Shown: piece after piece, positions 17,926 through 30,300 of the stretch | Layout of the letters: each line of letters begins with the position of its first letter | Position numbering within the stretch: the stretch's first letter is position 1 | Assembly (NCBI GenBank): GCA_902774925.1 | Contig: CACYKE010000003.1 | Coordinates: 26,281-90,280, forward strand | Origin: an uncultured Prevotellaceae bacterium | GTDB lineage: Bacteria; Bacteroidota; Bacteroidia; Bacteroidales; Bacteroidaceae | Length of the DNA: 64,000 bases | Direction: 5' to 3' | Position numbers and translations under genes: made by a program | The notes under the pieces: generated by a model | What the model was told of the DNA's origin: nothing | Database searches by the model: none | Seen by the model: the letters and a program-made list of their open reading frames with translations, nothing else

Positions 17926-18113
17926 GGACATTTTAAGAAAATGGACTTTGTTTTGTGTTACAAATACTTTGCGAAATGTGCTAACATGTCTTATCAGTAT
18001 GCTTCCCATATATAAAACCGGTGTTTTTCCTCTATTAGGAGCTTGTGTTTAATATTTATTTGGAATAGTTTTTTATGGCTTAATAACATGTGTTTTTACT
18101 TTCGTTTTTGTTC

Positions 18114-18341
18114 TTATGTCGCTGGCAATTTCGCGATCTCATCAATCGTAGGCTTTCGAGAGGTTGTATTCATAGACCATGCATTGTACACCATGCGGGC
18201 TTTCTCATATAAATTAAGGTGGAAATGCTTGATGTCTTCTTCTTCCACAGGCAGGCCGCCTCCAAAGATTTCTCCACGACATACAATCTTCACGCTTCTC
18301 CCGCTCGCCCCGATAAAGGCCAGCAGTGTCTGTGGCATCAT
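18114..18341 (-). CDS. hypothetical small protein (75 aa), weakly supported
   Basis: Only an ORF downstream of a TACCTTTG box. No recognisable motif. It overlaps a second ORF (18214..18417) in another frame. Confidence 0.25.
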   Translation of the reverse strand: MMPQTLLAFIGASGRSVKIVCRGEIFGGGLPVEEEDIKHFHLNLYEKARMVYNAWSMNTTSRKPTIDEIAKLPAT

Positions 18342-18414
18342 GGTGGCTCCCTGTCGGTACGATAGTTACTCTTGCCATATCAGTTGTTTTTAGTTTAATG
18401 TTTGTAATTGGATG

Positions 18415-18422
18415 CAAAGGTA
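18415..18422 (-). promoter_or_regulatory. -7 promoter box TACCTTTG
   Basis: Plus strand reads caaaggta; faces the small ORFs at 18114..18380. Confidence 0.4.
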
Positions 18423-18463
18423 ATCAAAATTTTAAAAATTGTCTATCCAATTTTATAAAAACA

Positions 18464-18866
18464 CTATTCACTATTCATTATTTCTTGTAAATCACTCAAT
18501 ATCAGTATATTACAGAATGAATAGTAGTAATGAATAGTGCTCTGACTATTCATTATTTGTCTGATTTCGCTGTGATTATACCAATTCTCGCTTTCAAAAA
18601 AAGCGTGTTACTAATATTGAATAATGCAGGAAACACTTTGTCACACGTATGGTGACACTTTGTTTCTCTGCCAGTTACAACTTGTAACGAATTTCTTTGC
18701 TATCGCGTAACTTTCTAATATTTAGGATATTAACCTATTATATGGTAATAAATAATGTTGTAAAAAACGAAAAGATGAATGGTTATAAGTTTTACTTGTA
18801 CTACTATTCATGCTATAATCCTTTAATTATCAGCAAATTACCTTTAATAATGAATAAATGAATAGT
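18464..18866. repeat. cluster of at least 7 copies of the 9-10-mer ACTATTCAT(T) in both orientations within an AT-rich gap
   Basis: Forward copies at about 18465, 18471, 18545 and 18804. Reverse copies (AATGAATAGT) at 18516, 18529 and about 18857. Includes a perfect 10-bp inverted repeat AATGAATAGT-gctctg-ACTATTCATT at 18529..18554. Confidence 0.85.
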
Positions 18867-18915
18867 TTTTTTAAAATTTCTCCTTGATATATTTTTTAGT
18901 ATCACATTTTTTTAC

Positions 18916-18923
18916 TACCTTTG
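18916..18923 (+). promoter_or_regulatory. -7 promoter box TACCTTTG
   Basis: 29 nt upstream of ATG 18952. Confidence 0.5.
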
Positions 18924-18951
18924 CAGGCAGAATGATAAAATACCTCCTGAA

Positions 18952-19413
18952 ATGAAGACAAAAGAAACTGCACCACAGACCCGCGAACAGCTTTTTGCTG
19001 AGAAAGCCGCCAAGAATTATACCATTTGCCACTCACAGACATGCCCCCTGCGTGCACACTGCCTGAGGTGGCTGTTGCGCACCTATACGCTGCAAAGTCG
19101 CCGCATCACTACCTGCGTCAACCTCAATCATCCGGCGATGCAGACAGAAACGTGTCCAATGTATCGTAACGATCAGCCCATCCGCATGCCACTCGGCATT
19201 GCAAAGATGTATTATGACATGCCCCAGCGCATAGCCCATCCACTGAAGCAGCATCTCATTGAGTACTTCAATCGCAAGCGCTACTACGAATACCACAGCG
19301 GCTACCGTCCAGTGCCCCCTGTACACGAAGAGTACATTCGCCATGCTGCACAATCCTATGGATGGACTGGGCCCATCGAGTTTGGTAGCTATGTCGAGGA
19401 TTATCTATGGTAA
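18952..19413 (+). CDS. small Cys-rich hypothetical protein (Bacteroidales-type; possibly DUF6078-like, unverified)
   Basis: 153 aa. CHSQTCPLRAHCLRW and TCPMY cysteine motifs; C-terminal FGSYVEDYLW. Has its own promoter box and terminator. Confidence 0.55.
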   Translation: MKTKETAPQTREQLFAEKAAKNYTICHSQTCPLRAHCLRWLLRTYTLQSRRITTCVNLNHPAMQTETCPMYRNDQPIRMPLGIAKMYYDMPQRIAHPLKQHLIEYFNRKRYYEYHSGYRPVPPVHEEYIRHAAQSYGWTGPIEFGSYVEDYLW

Positions 19414-19463
19414 TTAATCAATGAAGGTTCCCGTCGTAATCAATCTGAAGAGTCCCAGTGTAA

Positions 19464-19498
19464 TCAATAAAGGCTCCCTCGTGGGGAGCCTTTATTGA
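19464..19498. terminator. bidirectional intrinsic terminator hairpin between convergent genes
   Basis: Perfect 15-bp stem tcaataaaggctccc / gggagcctttattga with loop tcgtg, AT-rich on both sides. Confidence 0.8.
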
Positions 19499-19516
19499 TA
19501 TTAATAAGGTAGATAC

Positions 19517-21490
<1,974 letters not shown>

Positions 21491-21521
21491 TTATTTTCGT
21501 TGTTGATTGTTATAACGCTTG

Positions 21522-21529
21522 CAAAGTTA
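21522..21529 (-). promoter_or_regulatory. -7 promoter box TAACTTTG for the esterase gene
   Basis: Plus strand reads caaagtta, 41 nt upstream of ATG 21481. Confidence 0.45.
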
Positions 21530-21668
21530 AGCATTATTTTGTTTCGAAGTAACATAATTACTTTTTGTAGTGTAACAAAATGCTTGTTAACTGTAATATT
21601 TGTTGTAATACGGGATAAATAATGAATTTCATGTTACATATAAAAAAGCTTATATCGTAGATAATGTC

Positions 21669-21676
21669 TAATTTTG
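21669..21676 (+). promoter_or_regulatory. orphan -7 promoter box TAATTTTG (no ORF follows)
   Basis: Exact TAnnTTTG match. A strong terminator lies about 135-165 nt downstream on the same strand. Confidence 0.4.
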
Positions 21677-21762
21677 CATTCGTAAAAACTCGGGCCAGTG
21701 GCCTTGGGCATCAAATTAGAATTCTTTTTCAAATCGCTTTATTTTTAAGTTAAGGCTTATAA

Positions 21763-21797
21763 TAGTTAATAGTTACTAAGAGTTAGTAGTTTTGGTA
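21763..21797. repeat. imperfect heptad repeat TAGTTAA type x5
   Basis: tagttaa tagttac taagagt tagtagt tttggta. Confidence 0.6.
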
Positions 21798-21809
21798 TGT
21801 AAAAACGAC

Positions 21810-21842
21810 TGGGGGCCGATGCGAATCGCCTCCCATTTTTTT
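21810..21842 (+). terminator. intrinsic terminator
   Basis: Stem tgggggc-cgat / atcg-gcctccca (10 pairs including one G-U, plus one C/C mismatch). GCGA (GNRA) tetraloop at 21821-21824, followed by T7 at 21836-21842. An A-tract precedes the stem. Confidence 0.7.
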
Positions 21843-22015
21843 ATATTATGTTCGCGCGCGAAATAGTCGTAAACATGGTGTTTTGCAGGTTCTAATTAGT
21901 AATATGAATGCTTTAAATGTATCGAAAAATGGCTAAAAAGCTAATTTTTTTAAGGGGTGTTACAAAAACGAAAAATCATGTTACAATCTATAAATAATAA
22001 TTAAAATAATCGATG

Positions 22016-22023
22016 TACCTTTG
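22016..22023 (+). promoter_or_regulatory. -7 promoter box TACCTTTG for the xylan cluster
   Basis: 59 nt upstream of ATG 22082. Confidence 0.5.
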
Positions 22024-22081
22024 CCCCGTCATTTGAATTTTAACTAACAAAAAAATAATTTATGAATCAAAATCTGTCAAA

Positions 22082-25000
22082 ATGAAGAATCTAAAGCAAC
22101 TGATCAGACAGACTCTTCCAACCATCTTGATGCTGGTGGCATTCTGCACAACAATGCAGGCTCAAAACGGCATCACGGTAACGGGTACAGTCACAGACGG
22201 TGCCGGGGATGCATTGATAGGCGCCTCGGTAGTAGTGAAGGGAAACACTTCAACAGGTACTGTGACTGATTTCGATGGTAACTTCCAACTGAAGGTGCCG
22301 TCGGAGTCGACGGTACTGGTGATTTCTTATGTGGGTATGACCACTAAGGAAGTCAAGATCGGCAAGCAGCGCAAGTTCGACGTTACGCTGTATGATGACA
22401 CCCAGTTGGAAGAAGTCGTAGTAGTAGGCTACGGCCAACAAAAGAAAGCCTCAGTGGTGGGTGCTATTACCCAGACCACAGGTGAAGTTCTAGAACGTGC
22501 AGCCGGTATCGGTAGTGTCAGTGCGGCACTTACTGGTAACCTCCCCGGTGTTGCAACCATCGCTTCTACCGGTCAGCCCGGTGAAGAGGACCCGCGTATT
22601 TACATCCGTGGTGCAGCAGCTTGGAATACAGATGCTCAGCCTCTGATCCTCGTCGATGGTGTCGAGCGTGAAATCAAGTCTGTGGATGTTTCGTCCGTAG
22701 CTACGGTTTCTGTGTTGAAAGACGCCTCTGCTACAGCCGTGTATGGTGTGAAGGGTGCTAATGGTGTTGTCCTGATTACCACCAAGCGTGGTCAGGAAGG
22801 TAAGGCACGTATTGATGTCGGTTTCAACGCTACCCTGAAGGCCGTTTCGAAACTCCCCCGCAAGTATGACTCTTACGATGGCTATATGCTTCGCAACGAG
22901 GCACTCGAACACGAGCTTGCCATTGGCGGTGACGCTTCTTGGGCATATTATCGTCCACAGACCTTCATCAACAACTTCCGCAATCAAGACCGAACTGTTA
23001 AGCCGAACTATGATGCCAACGGCATTTTCCTCGGTGACTACAGCCAGGCAGAACGTTATCCAAACGTAGACTGGCAGGACGAGATGTTCAAGAGTACCGC
23101 TTTATCTTATAATGCCAACCTGAATATTTCCGGTGGTACGCAGTTCGTGAAGTATTTCGTGGCATTCGACTACCAGAACGAAGGTGATATGACCAAGATC
23201 TGGGATAACCATCAGGGTTATGAAGGCGGTTATGCTTACAATCGTCTGAATGTACGTTCAAATCTGGACTTCCAGATTACGAAGACTACTCAGTTCAGAG
23301 TCAACCTGGCTGGTTCTAATGCCCAGCAGAAGACCCCACGTTATTATTATGGTAATAGTGGTGAGTACTTCCAGCAGCAGAACTGGGCAGGTGCTTACGG
23401 TATGCCGCCCAACGTGTTCCCTGTACAGTTCTCAGACAACTCATGGGGTTACTATCCGTTGGTATCCAACGTTGCCAACTCTCCCATGAACGTTGCATTG
23501 TCAGGTTATGAGTTGAAAACCATCACACGTGTATTTACCGACTTTGCACTCGAGCAGAAACTCGATTTCATTACTAAGGGTCTTGTTGCACGTGGTACCA
23601 TTTCTTGGGATAACCAGTTCAATGAAGGCGACCGTGGTATTACCCAGGCCGGTGGTGGTCACGCTACCAAGAGAATGTATATGCTTCCTGAGGACGGTGT
23701 GCTGCGTCCCGAAAACCAGATTTTCACGAATACCGGTTTCGATTTCTATGAAAAGGTGGACTGGGACATCGTTGCAGGTAGCGTAGGTAGTACCTATCGT
23801 GCTACGGAAATGTCACTCCAGCTCTTCTGGGGTCGTCAGTTCGGTGACCATAACGTCACTGCGATGGGTAACTGGAAACGTCGTATTGATGCAAGTGGTA
23901 CCACACTTGAGAATCGTCGTGAGGACTGGGTGTTCCGTACTACCTATGATTATAAGAGCAAGTATTTTGCTGAGTTCAACGGTGCTTACAACGGTTCACA
24001 GAAGTTCTCTCCCGACAACCGCTTTGCATTCTTCTGTTCAGGAGCTGCAGGTTGGATGTTGTCTGAGGAACCCTTCATGAAGAAACTGAAGGACAAGGGA
24101 ATCGTTGATATGTTTAAGATCCGTGGTTCTATCGGTGAGATTGGTGACGATAACGCTGGTGCTCGTTGGGCTTACATGAACCAGTGGGCAGTAACTGGCA
24201 AGGTCCATATGACTCTTACCGATGGTGAAAGTCCCTTCCAGGGCTATAAGGAGTCTGTTATTGCCTCTCCTGACTTGAAGTGGGCTACGGTGTCAAAGAA
24301 GAACCTCGGTTTCGACTACGCATTCCTGCATGGCATGTTTGCTGGTAGCTTTGACTGGTTCCGTGATGACCGCAAAGACATCTTCGTTTCCGGTGGCAAC
24401 CGTTCTGTACCTTCTTACTATGGTGCAGGCACAGTCCCCGATATCAACAAGGGTGAGATTAAGAATACCGGTTTCGAATTTGAAGTTCGATTCAATAAGG
24501 TGCTGAAGAACAGTATGCGTTTCTGGGCAAATGCCAACTATACCTACGCGCACAATACTATTAAAATTAAGGATGACCCCGCATTGCTGCCGTCTTATCG
24601 TCGTGCTCAGGGTTATTCTCAGGGCCAATACGTTTCATTCATTGACAACGGCTATATTGGTACCTACGATGAACTCTACAGTACGCCAAAGCGTGAGAAG
24701 GACGATACACAGGTCTTGATTGGTGACCACTATATCGTTGACTTCAATGCTGATGGTGTCGTTGATGAAACATACGACCAGGCTCCATTCGGCTATACAG
24801 GTAACCCCGAACACACCTACAATGCCACTATCGGCTGGGAGTGGAAAGGCTGGAGCTGGTTCGCCCAGTTCTATGGTGTAACAGGCGTCACACGTGACGT
24901 TGGTATTACCTCTTTTAATAATAAACTGCTTACTGTATATGATAATGGTACTTGGTGGAATCCTGTCGATGGAAACGGTGAGGTCGTCGTACCACGCTTT

Positions 25001-25270
25001 ACCACTCAGGTTGCCTACAATGACGGTACACAGTATCTCTACGACGGTTCCTATTTCCGTCTGAAGAATGTGGAGATTGCTTACACGTGGACAAAGGGTT
25101 GGATTAAGAGGCTTGGCTTCTCAAGTCTGAAGATTTACGTGAATGGTAACAACCTCTTCCTGATCACAAAGATGCCTGACGACCGCGAGAGTAACTACGG
25201 ATGGAGTGGCGGTGGCGGTGCTTACCCGACTGTCAGACGTTATAACTTCGGATTCAAGCTTAACATTTAA
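22082..25270 (+). CDS. SusC-like TonB-dependent transporter (xusA position)
   Basis: 1062 aa. ITVTGTVTDGAGDALIGASVVVKGN...DFDGNF CarboxypepD_reg-like region; plug region VSVLKDASATAVYGVKGANGVVLITTKRG. Confidence 0.9.
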   Translation: MKNLKQLIRQTLPTILMLVAFCTTMQAQNGITVTGTVTDGAGDALIGASVVVKGNTSTGTVTDFDGNFQLKVPSESTVLVISYVGMTTKEVKIGKQRKFDVTLYDDTQLEEVVVVGYGQQKKASVVGAITQTTGEVLERAAGIGSVSAALTGNLPGVATIASTGQPGEEDPRIYIRGAAAWNTDAQPLILVDGVEREIKSVDVSSVATVSVLKDASATAVYGVKGANGVVLITTKRGQEGKARIDVGFNATLKAVSKLPRKYDSYDGYMLRNEALEHELAIGGDASWAYYRPQTFINNFRNQDRTVKPNYDANGIFLGDYSQAERYPNVDWQDEMFKSTALSYNANLNISGGTQFVKYFVAFDYQNEGDMTKIWDNHQGYEGGYAYNRLNVRSNLDFQITKTTQFRVNLAGSNAQQKTPRYYYGNSGEYFQQQNWAGAYGMPPNVFPVQFSDNSWGYYPLVSNVANSPMNVALSGYELKTITRVFTDFALEQKLDFITKGLVARGTISWDNQFNEGDRGITQAGGGHATKRMYMLPEDGVLRPENQIFTNTGFDFYEKVDWDIVAGSVGSTYRATEMSLQLFWGRQFGDHNVTAMGNWKRRIDASGTTLENRREDWVFRTTYDYKSKYFAEFNGAYNGSQKFSPDNRFAFFCSGAAGWMLSEEPFMKKLKDKGIVDMFKIRGSIGEIGDDNAGARWAYMNQWAVTGKVHMTLTDGESPFQGYKESVIASPDLKWATVSKKNLGFDYAFLHGMFAGSFDWFRDDRKDIFVSGGNRSVPSYYGAGTVPDINKGEIKNTGFEFEVRFNKVLKNSMRFWANANYTYAHNTIKIKDDPALLPSYRRAQGYSQGQYVSFIDNGYIGTYDELYSTPKREKDDTQVLIGDHYIVDFNADGVVDETYDQAPFGYTGNPEHTYNATIGWEWKGWSWFAQFYGVTGVTRDVGITSFNNKLLTVYDNGTWWNPVDGNGEVVVPRFTTQVAYNDGTQYLYDGSYFRLKNVEIAYTWTKGWIKRLGFSSLKIYVNGNNLFLITKMPDDRESNYGWSGGGGAYPTVRRYNFGFKLNI

Positions 25271-25285
25271 TTGCGATTATCTATT

Positions 25286-27313
25286 ATGAAATACTATAAT
25301 AATATCAAATCCTTTTCGTGTGGTTTGCTGCTCTTTCTGGTAGGCGCAGTTTCCTTCACTTCTTGTACCGACTGGCTGGACAAGGATCCGGATTCTATCG
25401 TTGCTGAGGATGAAGCATTCAAGAACTTCCGAAATTTCCAGGGTTATATCGAGGAAATCTATTCCTTGATTCCCAGTAAGGAGATGGTCAACTATTGTAC
25501 CGCCTGGAACTTCGGTGATGACGCTGTCCATAACCCGGAAGGCTATGCACACATGGATCACCAGGTAGACCTGGGTAACTATCGTAACTGGTACACCAAC
25601 AACCAGTGCTGGCTGAATGGTGCAAGAAGTTCTCTTTGGAGAAACTCTTGGTACTCTATCCGTAAGTGTAACATGGGTCTTGACAATCTCAAATCGCTTG
25701 TCGGAACGGATGAGGAGCGCGATATCCTGCGCGGACAGATGCTTTTCTTCCGTGCATGGTGGCATTTCGAGCTGATGTGCTATTTCGGTGGCCTGCCCTA
25801 TATTGACCAGACTTTTGTAGATGGTCATATTCCCGAACTTCCCCGTCTGTCTTTCCAGGAGTGTGCATTGCGTTGTGCTCAAGACTTCGAAGAAGCATAT
25901 AACCTTCTTCCCATGGACTCTAAGGAATGGGATGAGACACTTATCGCTCAGGACAATAATACCAAGAACAACAACTTCCTGCGTGTCAACAAGTTCATGG
26001 CTCTCTGCTACTTAGGCAAGTGCTACCTCTGGGCTGGTTCTCCGCTCATGAAGGAGTTTGAGAAATGGAATCAAGGTGGTCAGCCTGTTCTGTTGGGAGC
26101 AAGTCAGGGTGGTGCCAATGCCAAGACCTATGACTATGATGCGAAGTTCTGTAAATTGGCTGCCGAGGCTCTTGGTAAGGCGCTTGATTTGGTCAATAAA
26201 GGTCAGGTGGAATACCACCTCGCCACTTTCAAGTTCTCAAGCATCTACGATCATGAGAGACCTGAGTCAACAGTTGCTGAGGACGAGTTCTATTCAAACA
26301 TCTTCTATACTGTCAAGCAAGGTTGGAAGATGCCGGGTGCTTGTGAGGCTATTTTCCGTGGTGCTCACCCTGGTGCGAACTCATCTAACTGGAACTGTGC
26401 CAAGATCTTTGGTCCGAAGGTTGCCGGTCTGGTGGAGCATGATAACATTATCCATCACCCCACAGGTAACCTGATTGACCAGTACGGTATGGCTAATGGT
26501 CAGCCCATCTATTTGGTAGAGAATGGTCACTATGTGATCAATCCAAAGGCTGAGTGGGATCCCACACATCCTTATAAAGGTCGCGACCCACGTTTCTATC
26601 ATGATATTGTATTCGACGGTTTCCACTATGTTCTGAAGACCGATGGTTTGAATGCAGCTCAGAAAGAGCATGAATATTGCTCACTGTACACAAATGGTGC
26701 CATGCGTTCTGTCGATAACGGTAGTAGCACGGGTTACTTCATCCAGAAGCTGGTTCCTCACCAGTGTAATATTGGTGACAAGTGGTATGACTGGGGTTAT
26801 AATCTCCAGACCTATCTCCCATATATGCGTCTGGCTGATGTCTATCTGATGTTTGCAGAGGCCATGGCAGGTTTTGCTACGGATATGTCGGAATTGAAAC
26901 AATCGACGACCTATTGCCCCTCCATGTCGGCAGTTGGCGCCATCAATGCCCTTCGCGACCGCGTAGGTATGGAAAGTGTACAGGATAACTTCCTGGATAC
27001 CCGTGAGCATTTCATTGATGAGGTACGCCGCGAACGTACGGTAGAACTTGCATTTGAGGGTTTCCGCTGGTGTGACCTTCAGCGTTGGCTCCTCCTGACA
27101 GAGGCTCCTTACACGGAGAAATACTCTCATGAGTTTGAGCGTATGCAGAAGGATTCCTGGTTCAAGAAGAACGATCCGAAGGATGCTGAAGTTGCTAATT
27201 TCCACAGGGAAAGTCTTATCAAACGTCCCTTGGAAGCAAAGCACTATTGGTTCCCGTTCCCGGAGAAGGATGTTTATCTGTATGAAGGTTTCAAACAGAA
27301 CCCAGGATGGTAA
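25286..27313 (+). CDS. SusD-like lipoprotein (xusB position)
   Basis: The ORF track starts at TTG 25271; I use ATG 25286 (MKYYNNIK...). Lipobox FTSCTD; SusD-like C-terminus ...EGFKQNPGW. Confidence 0.85.
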   Translation: MKYYNNIKSFSCGLLLFLVGAVSFTSCTDWLDKDPDSIVAEDEAFKNFRNFQGYIEEIYSLIPSKEMVNYCTAWNFGDDAVHNPEGYAHMDHQVDLGNYRNWYTNNQCWLNGARSSLWRNSWYSIRKCNMGLDNLKSLVGTDEERDILRGQMLFFRAWWHFELMCYFGGLPYIDQTFVDGHIPELPRLSFQECALRCAQDFEEAYNLLPMDSKEWDETLIAQDNNTKNNNFLRVNKFMALCYLGKCYLWAGSPLMKEFEKWNQGGQPVLLGASQGGANAKTYDYDAKFCKLAAEALGKALDLVNKGQVEYHLATFKFSSIYDHERPESTVAEDEFYSNIFYTVKQGWKMPGACEAIFRGAHPGANSSNWNCAKIFGPKVAGLVEHDNIIHHPTGNLIDQYGMANGQPIYLVENGHYVINPKAEWDPTHPYKGRDPRFYHDIVFDGFHYVLKTDGLNAAQKEHEYCSLYTNGAMRSVDNGSSTGYFIQKLVPHQCNIGDKWYDWGYNLQTYLPYMRLADVYLMFAEAMAGFATDMSELKQSTTYCPSMSAVGAINALRDRVGMESVQDNFLDTREHFIDEVRRERTVELAFEGFRWCDLQRWLLLTEAPYTEKYSHEFERMQKDSWFKKNDPKDAEVANFHRESLIKRPLEAKHYWFPFPEKDVYLYEGFKQNPGW

Positions 27314-27340
27314 GCAATGGAGAATTGAAAATGATAATTC
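27311..27340. repeat. AATTGA-family spacer element following the stop codon
   Basis: taagcaatggagaattgaaaatgataattc. It shares the 13-mer GAGAATTGAAAAT with 30416-30428 and GATAATTC with 50869-50876. Confidence 0.7.
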
Positions 27341-27393
27341 TTTGACCTAAAGGAACAAAGCGTACTAAAGAAACGATTAGACAATTGAAGATT

Positions 27394-30300
27394 ATGAAAC
27401 ATATGAAAACAAACATATTTCTTTTGGCCATGATGGCAGTATCGCCACTGACGGCTGGTGCCCAGACCGCTGACGACGCTGACTCTACAGTGGTGAAAAA
27501 GAAAGTCCATGTTGCATTCCGCGACGTAGATCCCGACCATCTTCTCGGAGGTGTTTCCTATGTCGATATGGAAGAGCTGTCGAAGAAGGACTATACACAA
27601 AGTAGTCTGGAAGACATGTATGGCCTTGTCGGCGGATGGAACGGCAACAACCTTTGGGGTATGGACAATGACCGTCTGGATAACAACGACAACGACAATA
27701 TGCCGCTCGTGATCATTGACGGTGTAAAGCGTCCGTCCAACAACGTGCTACCTTCTGAGATTGAGCAGATTACCTTCCTGAAGGGCGCACAGGCTGTCGT
27801 GCTCTATGGTTCCAAGGGTGCCAAGGGTGCTATCCTGATTACCACCAAGCGTGGTAAGGTGGATGGCCTGCAGATTGATGCCAATGCCAACACCGGTTGG
27901 CACTTTGCCAAGGTGTTCCCGGAGTATTTAGGCTCTGCAGAGTATATGACACTCTTTAACGAAGCCACCTATAACGATGCTCTTGGTCAGGGTAATGCTG
28001 CCAATGTAAAGCTGCCGTACTCTCAGCAGGATATCTATAATCATGCTGCAGGTGTCAATCCCTACCGTTATCCCAATGTGAACTACTATTCTGACGAGTA
28101 TATCCGCAAGGCGTATAACCGTTCAGAAGGAACGTTGGAGATTCAGGGTGGTGGTAAGCGTGCTCACTTCTACACCAACATCAACTACTACCGTGCTGAA
28201 GACCTTATCAACTTTGGTAAAGCCAAGGATAACTACACCGACCGCTTCAGCGTACGTGGTAACGTTGACCTTGTCGTGAACAAATTCATTACCGGTTGGG
28301 CAAACGTCAGTGCTACCTATTATAATGAATATAAGAACAAGGGTAATTTCTGGAGTGATGCGTCTAGTATGCGTCCCAACTTCCCGCAGGGCGCTGCTCC
28401 ATTGATTCCTCTGACCATGGTCGATCCCAATGCCTCAAAGGCACTCGCTACCCTCGGCAAGTCACTGAACCTGCTGGATGGAATGTGGTTCCCTGGCGGT
28501 GGTACGGATGGTGCACAATCGAATGCCATTGCTGACTGTTACTTCGGCGGTGAGACACAGAAGGTCAGCCGTCAGTTCCAGTTCGATGCCGGTATCAACT
28601 ATGACATGAACAAGTTCCTCAAGGGCTTGACTTTCAAGACGCTGTTCTCTATTGACTATGCTGCCAATTATGACTTGGCATACAACAATACGTATTCGCT
28701 GTTCTTCCCCACATGGAGTAACTATAACACAGGGGATGCCATTGTTGACATCAAACAGCCGAAGGATGAGGTGGTGACCGGTACGATGACCATGTCTAAT
28801 TCAGCATATCGTCAGACCATCACTTGGAACGGTCATTTCGACTATGATAATACTTTTGCGGAAAAGCACCATGTAACGGGTATGCTGCTCGCCAGTATGT
28901 ACACGACTACCAAGAGTGGCGAATATCACCGTTATGCCAATGCGAACTTAGGTCTTCAGGGCGGTTACGACTTCATGAGTCGCTACTTTGCCGAGGTTGG
29001 TCTGGCTGCTGTACATTCAGCCCGTCTTCCTGAGGGCAACCGTGGGGCCATCTCGTATTCTTTCACCCTCGGCTGGAACATTGCCAAGGAGAGTTTTATG
29101 AAGGACACCTTCGTTGACGACCTCATGCTTAGCGCATCCTATAGCAATCTGAATGATGACGCGGATGTCTATTATGGAAGCAAGTACTTCTATATCTACG
29201 ATGCAGCATGGTCGGATGGCGGTACGGGCTATACATGGGCTGATGGTGCAAACTCTCACAATTCTACTTATTCTACAGTAGGTAGCAACCCTTCTCTTGA
29301 CTACATTCATCGCAAGGAATTATCCGTTTCATTGCGCGGCTCGTTCTTCAACAAGTTGATCAGTACTGAGCTGACTTACTTCAATACGGACATGGATGGC
29401 TACATTATCCAGAACCCGACTTCGTATCCGTCACACTTGAAGAATGGTCTTAACAGTGGTAAGTTCTCCCCTGCATTGAACAACAATATTGCCAACCGCA
29501 AGGGTCTCGATTTCAGCATCAAAGCCCAGAAGCAGTTTGGTCAGGTGCATGCTGAACTCGGCTTCGTTGGTACTTATCTCAAGACCGAATGGAAGAAGTA
29601 TGATGAAGTAGCCGATTCAAAGTCACCTTGGCTGAATTCTTCTAAGCAGCTTATGCACGAGGGTACCCCTCTTGATGTCATTCAAGGCTACAATTGTCTG
29701 GGTGTCTATACCATTGATGACTTTGATGTGAAGACGGACGACAACGGCAAGACTACCTATGAGTTGAAGGAGTTGGTAAAGGGTGTTCAAAAACCCTATG
29801 GTCTCGGTGGTACTCCCATGCCCGGCGACTTAAAGTATGAAGATGTGAATGGTGACGGTAAAATCAATAACCAGGACCAGGTAGAGTTGGGCAAGTGGGG
29901 TACATACGGTGCACCCTGGACCATCGGCCTGAACCTCACGCTGAAGTATAAGAACTGGACGCTCTTCATACTGGGTAATGGACAGTTTGGCGCTTCTGCT
30001 TTGTCTAATGGCGCATATTACTATATGTCGGGTACCAACAAGTATTCTGTGAATGTACGTGACCACTACCAGTACACTTATGATGATGCTGGCATTATCA
30101 CTGGTTTTGTAAATCCGAATGCTACTCATCCCCGTCTGAGTGTTAATAACACACCTGCCAATGGTGCAACTTCTACCTACTGGTTGTATAGCACAGACCG
30201 CTTCAACCTCCGTAAGGTACAGGTGACCTACGACTTCCCGAAGGAATGGTTCGAAGGTAAGTGGGTCAAGGCACTCTCTGTTTATTTGAACGGAAACGAC

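Larger units (their letters stand above)
21684..21842 (+). ncRNA. candidate small RNA (about 160 nt) in the esterase/xylan-PUL divergent intergenic region
   Basis: Promoter box at 21669-21676 and intrinsic terminator at 21810-21842. No ATG-initiated ORF longer than 2 codons. Contains a heptad-repeat module. Confidence 0.35.

Noticed and set aside
18114-18417. Two overlapping minus-strand ORFs as a frameshifted pseudogene
   Set aside because: I cannot recognise either translation as part of a known family, so there is no evidence for a disrupted gene. I kept only a low-confidence small ORF.
21851-21862. Perfect GC-rich palindrome TTCGCGCGCGAA in an AT-rich spacer
   Set aside because: It is striking by eye but isolated. 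There is no flanking partner site and no adjacent gene suggesting a restriction-modification or regulator link.
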